A stretch of 25,248 nt of DNA from positions 1-25,248 of the IMG/VR virus record IMGVR_UViG_2700989400_000006; one strand, given 5' to 3'. The position numbers and the translations under genes are program-made. The notes beneath the pieces were generated by a model. It was given only the letters and a program-made list of their open reading frames with translations. It made no database searches and had not been told where the DNA came from. Numbering within the stretch: position 1 is the first letter of the stretch; each line of letters opens with the position of its first letter. The stretch comes from a virus. Taxonomy: Duplodnaviria; Heunggongvirae; Uroviricota; Caudoviricetes. Shown in pieces: positions 8,436 through 15,997 of this stretch.

Positions 8436-9149
8436 TTAACGCACTCTGATAGTATTAATTTCAAAATCATTAATATTTCCGCTATTAAATATAACGAATT
8501 TCTTACCCCCACTCCTGTATGATTTCGATAACACCAGACGATCATCATAACGCGCAATAATGTAATACCATACATTCTCATAGTGGATCGCCTGATATTC
8601 CCTCTTAAACTGTGGTTTGTACCAACCGGCAATAAGAGAGAATGCCCAGAAATAAATCATAAACCCAGCCATCATGAACTCAATTCGGTGATGGCGAATA
8701 AAAGACATTTCCGAAAAACATTTGACTGAAACAAGTCTTCTTCCAGACCTGACAAAAAGCGTGATTGTAAAGGCAGCAAGAATGCAGAAAATCAGTACAT
8801 CTGGCTCAACATGCTGATGAATTACCGAAAACTCCAGAACAGGTGGAATAAAAAGCAGCAATATCGCGAGAAAAAGCCGGATAAAACTCAAATTTTGTAT
8901 ATTGCGCTTTTGTTTTATGCCCAAAAAGAAAACAATACCAACTCCCCATCCAATAAGGAATATAACGATAACTGTCACAGCATAAAACAAACTTCGTGCA
9001 ACATCATCGACACCAGCCCCGACAACCCACCATGGAAAGCCATAGTAAAATGAAGTACCCCATCCATAGAAATAAGCGCTTCCCCATCCTAGACAGCCCA
9101 TATAAGCAACAAAAAGTGAAGAGTTTCTGAGCAGAGCACTGTCATTCAT
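8436..9149 (-). CDS. Integral membrane protein (237 aa) encoded on an AT-rich moron
   Basis: Four to five hydrophobic, Trp/Tyr/Phe-rich segments in the first ~170 aa followed by a soluble C-terminal tail; first gene downstream of the tR'-like terminator; hand counts on sampled 60-nt lines give ~27% G+C. Confidence 0.6.
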   Translation of the reverse strand: MNDSALLRNSSLFVAYMGCLGWGSAYFYGWGTSFYYGFPWWVVGAGVDDVARSLFYAVTVIVIFLIGWGVGIVFFLGIKQKRNIQNLSFIRLFLAILLLFIPPVLEFSVIHQHVEPDVLIFCILAAFTITLFVRSGRRLVSVKCFSEMSFIRHHRIEFMMAGFMIYFWAFSLIAGWYKPQFKREYQAIHYENVWYYIIARYDDRLVLSKSYRSGGKKFVIFNSGNINDFEINTIRVR

Positions 9150-9291
9150 AGTAACACCATTAACAACTCAAAAATATCAACACATATTACATAACAAATT
9201 GGATTCCATGCAGTCAAGGGGCGTCATTGATGGAGAAAGTATTGGCACAATCGTCATCACGTTTAATGTCTATGCCATTTTTTGGGGGGAT

Positions 9292-9313
9292 AAAAAACCC
9301 ACTCGGTCGCGGG
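9292..9313 (-). terminator. tR'-like intrinsic terminator downstream of the Q-like gene
   Basis: Minus-strand RNA: AAAA-CCCGC-GACCGA-GUGGG-UUUUUUAU (5-bp stem with one G.U pair, then U6), about 70 nt downstream of the pR'-like promoter. Confidence 0.55.
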
Positions 9314-9367
9314 TTTTACTAGCTTTGCCATCACGTATAAAAACGGCAAAATATCAGATTTACACGA

Positions 9368-9396
9368 AATATATGCGTTTTAATCTACTTTTGCAA
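9368..9396 (-). promoter_or_regulatory. pR'-like late promoter (sigma70 -35 TTGCAA, 17-bp spacer, -10 TATATT)
   Basis: Read on the minus strand 8 nt after the TAG stop of the Q-like gene: TTGCAA-aagtagattaaaacgca-TATATT. Position and the downstream terminator mirror the lambda Q-pR'-tR' arrangement. Confidence 0.5.
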
Positions 9397-9403
9397 TACT
9401 TTG

Positions 9404-10075
9404 CTATGAAAATGCCGCCTTTTGTTTTGAACGTGTTCTCTCCACTAACAATAAAGCTTCACTATCCAGCCGATGAAAAATGTGTTTCATTGCAACCCAG
9501 TGACCAGTAAATGTCTTGGACCAGTTTTTGGTTGTTACTCCCACCAGTAACGCCAGTTCCTGGTATTCGTAACCTTCCCCACCAAAAAGCTCAGCTTTTA
9601 CCGCCTGCGCCGCCAACCAGATCAACGTCTTCAGGCGCACCAGAGTTTTTCCTGCAATTTTTCTGGTACCGGATTGAGCATTAAATTCAGTCCACGCCCA
9701 CTGCGTTATCGCGATCTGATGCTCCCAGCAAATGCTACCGCTGTAACACCACAGCAGCCAGGCTTTATGATGTTCTTCAAGAGACAGAACGGCGCGTCGC
9801 CATGATGATGTCGAAAACTCAACCGGACTGACCAGGGCAATTGATGAACCTTTCGCCAGCGATTGCTTTCCCGGGATCGGTGGATTATCCAGCGTTACTA
9901 TTTTTCCAGTGACCTTATCGCGGTACCGGATTTTTTTACGTCTGTAACGCCCTGTATTGAACATGGCATTCTCCTGCCAGGCTTCAAGCTGACCTTTTGT
10001 TGCTCCACTCAAATCAGCGGTGGCGATCGTGAGCTGCTCACGCACAAACTGTAAATACTGGTTATTCATGCGCAC
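9404..10075 (-). CDS. Putative late-gene antiterminator (Q-like, non-lambda family)
   Basis: 223-aa ORF directly downstream of rusA and directly upstream of the pR'/tR'-like elements. No lambda-type zinc finger; the assignment rests mainly on position. Confidence 0.5.
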   Translation of the reverse strand: MRMNNQYLQFVREQLTIATADLSGATKGQLEAWQENAMFNTGRYRRKKIRYRDKVTGKIVTLDNPPIPGKQSLAKGSSIALVSPVEFSTSSWRRAVLSLEEHHKAWLLWCYSGSICWEHQIAITQWAWTEFNAQSGTRKIAGKTLVRLKTLIWLAAQAVKAELFGGEGYEYQELALLVGVTTKNWSKTFTGHWVAMKHIFHRLDSEALLLVERTRSKQKAAFS

Positions 10076-10428
10076 TCCAGTTCTGTGATTTTTATCCCCA
10101 GCCGACCACCGGGAACAACCTGACCGCGCATAATATTAACTTCATCAAACTGCTCGTCGTCGATAAGCAGTCCCGCATGTGTCAGTGCATCCAGTGGTGC
10201 TTTCAGAATATTGTCCAGGTCACGACGGCGCTTATCCGGTGGCTCTGCAATAATTTTTATTGCCAGCCTTCCGGACAGATTTAATTTCAGCCGCTGCTGG
10301 CGAACAATAAGCGCCACATCCCGGCGATAACGCTCCCCTGCTTTTGATACAAAATATGTGCTGCCACGACGACGCCAGTAGGTATTTACCGTCGGCGGGT
10401 AAGGCAAAACAAATTCTATCCCCATCAA
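10066..10428 (-). CDS. rusA: Holliday-junction resolvase RusA
   Basis: 120-aa ORF MMGIEFVLPYPPTVNTYWRRRG...EPPDKRRRDLDNILKAPLDALTHAGLLIDDEQF; the DKRRRDLDN motif and length match RusA as I recall it. Confidence 0.9.
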   Translation of the reverse strand: MMGIEFVLPYPPTVNTYWRRRGSTYFVSKAGERYRRDVALIVRQQRLKLNLSGRLAIKIIAEPPDKRRRDLDNILKAPLDALTHAGLLIDDEQFDEVNIMRGQVVPGGRLGIKITELECA

Positions 10429-10437
10429 TAACCTCTT

Positions 10438-11487
10438 TTATCCGAGCACGCCGGTTGCAAAGGCGTGATCAAGAAAACGAAAAATTAAATCAACCTGAGA
10501 ACCATGCTTTTCTTCGAACGCCAACGGATCTGCATGAAGCTCGTTATGATGTTTACGACACAACGGTAACGTGAAAATATCGTGGGCCTTTGTTCCCATT
10601 CCGCCCTGACCATGACCTATCAGGTGATGGGGATCGTCAGCTGGCTTACCACAGCACGCACACGACTGTGTCTTTACCCAGCGTGTGTATTTCTCATTTA
10701 CCCAACGGCGACGTTTAGGTCGCTTCATGAAAGATTCCGGGGACTCAGGATCAACGGCGATGCTTACCACCGCCTTTTCCTGTGGTGAGTTTTGTTGCTG
10801 GTGGACGTGAGGCGGTAGCGCAATATTTTTTGTGCGCTGCTTCAGTATGCTGGTGGCTGTCTGTTCTCCCGGTACGATGTCGCTCTCGCGATACACAGAG
10901 AGGATTTTTTCCACCGGTAATCCCAACGAACGACGTGATACTGCCTCAGGTAGAGCATCCACCATCTGATTGCAAACCGCCCACCAGGATAATTCAGCCA
11001 GCGATAATTCCCGCTCCTGCGTGCCATTCATTGCGTGACGTATAACCTCAAGCATCCAGGCTGTCAGATTTTGTTGAGCAAGTTGCTCGAGTGATTCCGA
11101 TGTCTGGTCGCGCAGCTGGTTGTCGCAGTGCCAGCACAATACCATCGCGCCGGTACCGTAACGGTGAATAACGGTTTCACTATGGTGGTAATCACCATGA
11201 GGCCACTGGCAGGATTTGACATGGCGCAGTAACCAGTCAGACAGTGCACCAGCGCCGCCAGCAGCACGAATCACTCGTTTGTTACTGAAAAACGGCAGTA
11301 ATGATTTATCCTCCGCCAGCGGCTGGCGAACGGTAGGGACGACTCCGGACGGCAGACCGCGCATGCTTTTTGGTTCCGGCTCCACCAGTACTCTGTCGTT
11401 ATGGAATACCGACATTGATTCACGGCCTGGCTTAACGATAACCACCCCGAGTTCCGGTACCGGAACAGGTCGAAGTAATACCCGCAC
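10438..11487 (-). CDS. DUF968-family phage protein (YdfU-like) with C-terminal Cys/His cluster
   Basis: 349-aa ORF, GTG start after GGAGG; C-terminus SCACCGKPADDPHHLIGHGQGG...LCRKHHNELH suggests a zinc-binding or HNH-like module; size and position match Qin YdfU as I recall. Confidence 0.65.
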   Translation of the reverse strand: MRVLLRPVPVPELGVVIVKPGRESMSVFHNDRVLVEPEPKSMRGLPSGVVPTVRQPLAEDKSLLPFFSNKRVIRAAGGAGALSDWLLRHVKSCQWPHGDYHHSETVIHRYGTGAMVLCWHCDNQLRDQTSESLEQLAQQNLTAWMLEVIRHAMNGTQERELSLAELSWWAVCNQMVDALPEAVSRRSLGLPVEKILSVYRESDIVPGEQTATSILKQRTKNIALPPHVHQQQNSPQEKAVVSIAVDPESPESFMKRPKRRRWVNEKYTRWVKTQSCACCGKPADDPHHLIGHGQGGMGTKAHDIFTLPLCRKHHNELHADPLAFEEKHGSQVDLIFRFLDHAFATGVLG

Positions 11488-11488
11488 G

Positions 11489-11899
11489 TTACCTCCAGAT
11501 CCGTTGCTGGAATGTGCGGGACTGACGCGGTGGGCGTTCGGAATAAGGAAGCCTGACGTAGATTATCCAGTGACGATAATCGGGGCTGAGGGCTTTCTTA
11601 ATCTCGTATCCGCGTCTGCGGTAGCAATGAATTAACCATTCAGCCTGTTCTTCAGTGCATGGAGAATGCTGGAACCAGTCCGATTTGAATGCGTGAAAAC
11701 GCCGTCCGCACCTTCTGGCAAAGACGGTAGAATCATCAGAATTGTGTAATTTGGTATCGTGCGCCATCGGTTGTCTCTGCTGGCGCAGCAGGTGCCAGTT
11801 GTTCAGGCTGGCGTATAAAGTATAAATAAACTGGTTCCAGTGTAAAGCCCCTACATTAATGAAATAAAAATCAAACAACAGATTGCTGGGATAAAACAC
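11489..11899 (-). CDS. Hypothetical phage protein (nin-region); true start may be internal
   Basis: ORF from the track, stop adjacent to the DUF968 start; the first ~45 codons are AT-rich with no clear Shine-Dalgarno. Confidence 0.4.
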   Translation of the reverse strand: MFYPSNLLFDFYFINVGALHWNQFIYTLYASLNNWHLLRQQRQPMAHDTKLHNSDDSTVFARRCGRRFHAFKSDWFQHSPCTEEQAEWLIHCYRRRGYEIKKALSPDYRHWIIYVRLPYSERPPRQSRTFQQRIWR

Positions 11900-12226
11900 A
11901 ACGCTTATTATTAAAAGCGATTAGATAAATTAAATTTTAATGTTATGCAAATTTGCCAGATCACCATAATATCTCGTTTGAAACCACCGAAATAACAACC
12001 ATATCAATATTGATTATGTTAAAGCGAGTAAATATGGAAAACAACAAATCTGCACATTACGCTCCTTTTTTATCTGTGATACTTTTTGTTTTATGCTGTG
12101 TGTGGGCATTATTTTTATAAAAATATTTACAGATAAAATAAACCCGCCGAATCAAGTTAAGTGTGGGTGCATTGAGGATGCCTGACTCATCAGAGGTGGC
12201 GAGGGATTTCTCCCTCGCCTGGTCTC

Positions 12227-12382
12227 TTACTCCTCAGGTTCGTAAGCTGTGAAGACAGCGACCTCCGTCTGGCCGGTTCGGATTCGTACCTCGCAGAGGT
12301 CTTTCCTCGTTACCAGTGCCGTCACTATGACGGTTAAACAGATGACGATCAGGGCGATTAACATCGCCTTTTGCTGCTTCAT
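12227..12382 (-). CDS. hokD: Hok/Gef-family type I toxin (51 aa)
   Basis: MKQQKAMLIALIVICLTVIVTALVTRKDLCEVRIRTGQTEVAVFTAYEPEE matches my recollection of E. coli HokD (RelF). A perfect 9-bp hairpin (12198-12219) follows the stop, consistent with the folded 3' end of hok-type mRNAs. Confidence 0.9.
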   Translation of the reverse strand: MKQQKAMLIALIVICLTVIVTALVTRKDLCEVRIRTGQTEVAVFTAYEPEE

Positions 12383-12439
12383 AGCCTGCTTCTCCTTGCC
12401 TTTCGGCACGTAAGAGGCTAACCTAGATTTGCCGTTCAT
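12227..12439 (-). CDS. Mok-like upstream reading frame containing hok (70 aa, same frame)
   Basis: In-frame N-terminal extension MNGKSRLASYVPKGKEKQA preceding the Hok methionine, as in chromosomal mokC/hokC pairs (from memory). Confidence 0.5.
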   Translation of the reverse strand: MNGKSRLASYVPKGKEKQAMKQQKAMLIALIVICLTVIVTALVTRKDLCEVRIRTGQTEVAVFTAYEPEE

Positions 12440-12949
12440 AGATTGAGCCTCAGATTAATGTTAAACGTCTTGCAGGACGCGTAATGTTAACTGGGGCTTT
12501 TCTCTATCTGCCTTTGGTGTTCATGCCTGAGGCAGATAGCCTCAAGCACCCGCAGCAATTCTACTTAACTCCCGTCACCTCGCCAATATAAAATCAATCA
12601 GAAAGGCGATCCGTAAGAACAACAGCAAGACAATAAATTGCCATTACAGCCGCAATAGCTAGCGCACATTTGAGAACCAGCACGACAACCTCCTGTATTG
12701 GACGTACACCAATTCTGATAAATATGAGGCTGTCTCATCATTGATTCAATATAACTATTGGGTATAGTTTCTGTGATTTTGTTCTGTAGAAATGGAACAC
12801 AACAACCAGTCACCACCAGCACTTCTTTAAATACGCCAAGTCCGACGCAAGCTAACCTTCTAGTCCGCTTTGAGCGAAGAGCGGACATTGCTAACAGCAT
12901 CCTGTGTGAATCATTACGATCAAATCGATGACTAGATAAGTACAAACCG

Positions 12950-12978
12950 GAAAAGGGGCCTACTGACGAAGTAGGCCT
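12950..12978 (-). terminator. Intrinsic terminator of the three-gene cassette
   Basis: Minus-strand RNA: GGCCUACU-UCGUC-AGUAGGCC (perfect 8-bp stem) followed by CCUUUUCCGGUUU, starting 17 nt after the stop of the last cassette gene. Confidence 0.6.
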
Positions 12979-12994
12979 GAGTTCCTTATATATT

Positions 12995-13651
12995 TCACAA
13001 AATTCTGAGAGTTTCTAAGATGGATAAAAGTGTTGGAAGCTGACTCTCTCTCACACGGAATCTACCCGTCCTAGATAATTCCGTTTCAATTCCGTTAACG
13101 AAGAAATGTACGGAATCAAAAACGGCCGAACTATTCATGTATTTATTCTGATAAATTTCTTGGAGATTCTTTGAGCTTACTATTTTTGTCTTTGCTAAAG
13201 TAAAAGGATCAACAGAGATATTAGATAGAGACATGGATTTTATCTTGATGTCAAAGCCCTCAGAAAGACCATTTACAATTTTTCTCAGATCAAATTCTAC
13301 TGGTCTCAAGCCACTATCTTCACCAAATAGTTTTTGCACCATAGTATAAGGCACTTTCATACTTAATGGAGGATTAGTGGCATATAGTATGATTTTTTTC
13401 CCTTGTCTGACGCCAAAGTCCACATTTAAGTAAGTTGCTATTTCAACCTCTGAACGCTCGCCATTAGCATATTCTAAGCTTTGCTTGCTAATGCTTCTCA
13501 TGGTAAATCTTAGTTTAAGCACTTCAGAGTTATTAATGATTTGAAAACCATATCCTTTATCTTCATCATAGAGGTTGTCATTTACTTTATGTAATAACTC
13601 ACTTTTAGTTATATCCTTTTCTGCTTTATAAATTTTTACCTTTATCATCAT
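12995..13651 (-). CDS. Cassette gene C: uncharacterized protein (~218 aa), third gene of the AT-rich three-gene operon
   Basis: Start chosen at ATG 13651 (MMIKVKIYKAEKD...) with AGGAGG 6 nt upstream, overlapping the TGA of gene B as ATGA; the track start 13678 is TTG. No motif I recognise. Confidence 0.75.
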   Translation of the reverse strand: MMIKVKIYKAEKDITKSELLHKVNDNLYDEDKGYGFQIINNSEVLKLRFTMRSISKQSLEYANGERSEVEIATYLNVDFGVRQGKKIILYATNPPLSMKVPYTMVQKLFGEDSGLRPVEFDLRKIVNGLSEGFDIKIKSMSLSNISVDPFTLAKTKIVSSKNLQEIYQNKYMNSSAVFDSVHFFVNGIETELSRTGRFRVRESQLPTLLSILETLRIL

Positions 13652-14895
13652 CCAGCCTCCTGATTCAAAGTCTCGCAAGACATAGCTTTCGTTACTGGGT
13701 ATCGCTTGGTATGCTCTTCGATAATAAAGTCATTAATCAAAAATATTTTATCTTCTAATTGTTTCATGACTTGATCAAAGTCTGCGTCACTGAGTTTTTC
13801 TCTCTCTGCGGATGCAGAGTTGCTTTCTTTGTATAACGCTCTGAATTTTATATTTTTCCCAAGATATTTATCATCGAAACTAAGTTCAAAAGTTATAGTA
13901 TGATTCTTAACTACTGAGGAAAATGACTTCCATCGAATTAAGCTTCGATAAAACCCATCACTGCACAGTTCCTTAATTTGAGGTGCGTTCACTAATGATA
14001 GGCCATCATACGCGGCATTGTTAATGTTAAAAGTTAGGTTTTCATCATCGTCAGATGCCATTTCCTGATTATTAATGTCATCATCATTTTCGTTATCTGT
14101 AGAAGGTGAAATCTTGTTTAATAACTCTTGTGTTTCTTCGTTATTATTTCCTTCGAGATTATCTCCATTAATATCCAGAGATGTTTTTATTCTGCTTACT
14201 CTAACCTTTTCAAGACCAGCATATTCAAGTCCTGTTTTTTTATAATTTCCATCAAAATCATAAAGATGAACAGCAAAAATATTCCTAAGATCTGTATCAA
14301 CGATACTTGATAAATCTATTTCGTTGACAACTATGTTGTTACAAACTGTTGATGAATATGTATCAATTATTTGCTTGAGAATTTCTGAAATGCGTGGCGT
14401 ATAGTTATATCTTACTGAAACATATCCTTTTTTTACTATAAAAACTATACTCCCACTGTACAATTTTTTCTGCTGAAACTTACCCCTTCTAAAATCAAAC
14501 TCAGTATAATCAATAGATATATGATAGGTTTGCAAGCCTGAGTAATGATCAATTTTCTCATGCCCTAGCAACTTGGGTCTATTTTCTTTCACTTTGTTTA
14601 CAACGTCATAGAGTTTCTCTATATCAAATTCTTCATATATACGTTTTACTGAGAAGACGTCTTGGCTGGGTTTGGTTGCCAGTTTATCTTGTACTTCTCT
14701 GATGTGATTATATGAAAATGGCAGGTCTGATAATTTTTCTATCAATACCTCTTTTGATAAGTTAGATGGGAAAATTATCCCTCTATTGAAGGCGATTTTC
14801 CTTAATGTAACATCTGTGATTTTTGCACTGTTAGAGTGGAGGGCGGTATAAATGTCACTTTCGTTTGAAAACAACGTAGCTTGATATTTATTCAT
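13648..14895 (-). CDS. Cassette gene B: uncharacterized protein (415 aa) with a central acidic low-complexity linker
   Basis: ATG 14895 lies 10 nt after the gene A stop with AGGAG in between. Residues ~240-285 (NNNEETQELLNKISPSTDNENDDDINNQEMASDDDENL) form an Asn/Asp/Glu-rich linker between two halves. No Walker A/B or other motif I recognise. Confidence 0.8.
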   Translation of the reverse strand: MNKYQATLFSNESDIYTALHSNSAKITDVTLRKIAFNRGIIFPSNLSKEVLIEKLSDLPFSYNHIREVQDKLATKPSQDVFSVKRIYEEFDIEKLYDVVNKVKENRPKLLGHEKIDHYSGLQTYHISIDYTEFDFRRGKFQQKKLYSGSIVFIVKKGYVSVRYNYTPRISEILKQIIDTYSSTVCNNIVVNEIDLSSIVDTDLRNIFAVHLYDFDGNYKKTGLEYAGLEKVRVSRIKTSLDINGDNLEGNNNEETQELLNKISPSTDNENDDDINNQEMASDDDENLTFNINNAAYDGLSLVNAPQIKELCSDGFYRSLIRWKSFSSVVKNHTITFELSFDDKYLGKNIKFRALYKESNSASAEREKLSDADFDQVMKQLEDKIFLINDFIIEEHTKRYPVTKAMSCETLNQEAG

Positions 14896-14905
14896 GTCAT
14901 ACTCC

Positions 14906-15997
14906 TTATGAAAAGTGACATTTTCTATTCACCTGCTTGCTGGCAACCTGGTACTCAAATATAGATAGCTTTTGATTAACAAAAGGAATGGATACTATTT
15001 TTTCCTTTAACGTTTCTATATGAGATTGAGTGAAAGAATATATTCCTATGTAATCATTAATGGCGGATTGCAAATGAATGCTTGAGTGTGATGAGAACGG
15101 AGTTATAACAAATATTTTGTTAAATTGATTGAGTAATTGATAGTTAAATATATACTCTAAAAGAAATATAAAGTGGTTACTGGAATCAATCTCTTCCTTC
15201 CAGAATATATTCAATATTTTATTTCTTATTCTATCGCCACCATCATTTCTAATATATTCGTGTTCATATGAGTAAAAAATCATCCCAGATGTTATCATTT
15301 CAATTGTGGCTGGAAGGATTTTCCCTTTCGTTGCTATTTTATTATGTTTGTCAGGGTAAAAATATGTACAGTTCTCTATCTCAGGAATTTTTTGCCATAA
15401 CATATTTGTTTCTTGTGTTACTTTGTCAGTAATTCCTCTTCTAGTCTCGATGTGTTCTGTAACATCTAGTAAAAATCTGATCATAGTTGGGTCAAAAACG
15501 GCAATCACAGAGTTCTCTGGAAAATCATAACTTGCTGTGGCTGCTCCATTTAATTTCTCAATTAAATCAGAGTCATATTTATTGTCATGATTATATATAA
15601 AAAGTAGGCCGTTAACTTGATATTTCTCATTTGTGCTGTCAACAAATAGACGCCGCCACTCAGGACTTCTTGGCGCGCAAGCTACCTGTTGTGATAAACT
15701 TCGTACAGTGTTCAATATTGATTTTGTACCGTCAAGCGTGCTGGCACAATAAGATTTTAAATCTGTTTGTATATACTGAGTTATATCTGAATAAGGATCT
15801 TTATATTTGAAGACTACATCCGTAGGATGAGTTTTTTTTGGGTTTTCAGATAAAAGTTGTTTAGCGTTTAGATGAGATCTCAAACAACAGTCCCAACTTA
15901 TATCCGTTGTATTTTGGGTTTTCCAGCCTAACTCATCAAAAATTCTACTGGAAATGATACCTGCAATCTCATCAATATTCTTAGTTTCGCCGCCCAC
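14906..15997 (-). CDS. Cassette gene A: uncharacterized protein (363 aa), first gene of the operon
   Basis: GTG start at 15997 preceded by GGAGGA; no in-frame ATG upstream. The N-terminal ~90 aa carry a pattern compatible with, but not diagnostic of, a PD-(D/E)xK nuclease core (FDE ... HPTDVVF ... IQTDLK). Confidence 0.7.
   Translation of the reverse strand: MGGETKNIDEIAGIISSRIFDELGWKTQNTTDISWDCCLRSHLNAKQLLSENPKKTHPTDVVFKYKDPYSDITQYIQTDLKSYCASTLDGTKSILNTVRSLSQQVACAPRSPEWRRLFVDSTNEKYQVNGLLFIYNHDNKYDSDLIEKLNGAATASYDFPENSVIAVFDPTMIRFLLDVTEHIETRRGITDKVTQETNMLWQKIPEIENCTYFYPDKHNKIATKGKILPATIEMITSGMIFYSYEHEYIRNDGGDRIRNKILNIFWKEEIDSSNHFIFLLEYIFNYQLLNQFNKIFVITPFSSHSSIHLQSAINDYIGIYSFTQSHIETLKEKIVSIPFVNQKLSIFEYQVASKQVNRKCHFS

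Noticed and set aside
12385-12470. Sok-like antisense RNA gene as a discrete feature
   Set aside because: Expected from hok/sok biology, but I could not identify its promoter or terminator in the sequence, so it is mentioned in a finding rather than annotated with coordinates.
12598-12945. 115-aa minus-strand ORF between the cassette terminator and the hok leader
   Set aside because: Begins inside the terminator region without a ribosome-binding site; Cys/Ser/Gly-rich low-complexity translation; more likely non-coding spacer, though a 29-codon ORF in another frame is reported as a low-confidence finding.
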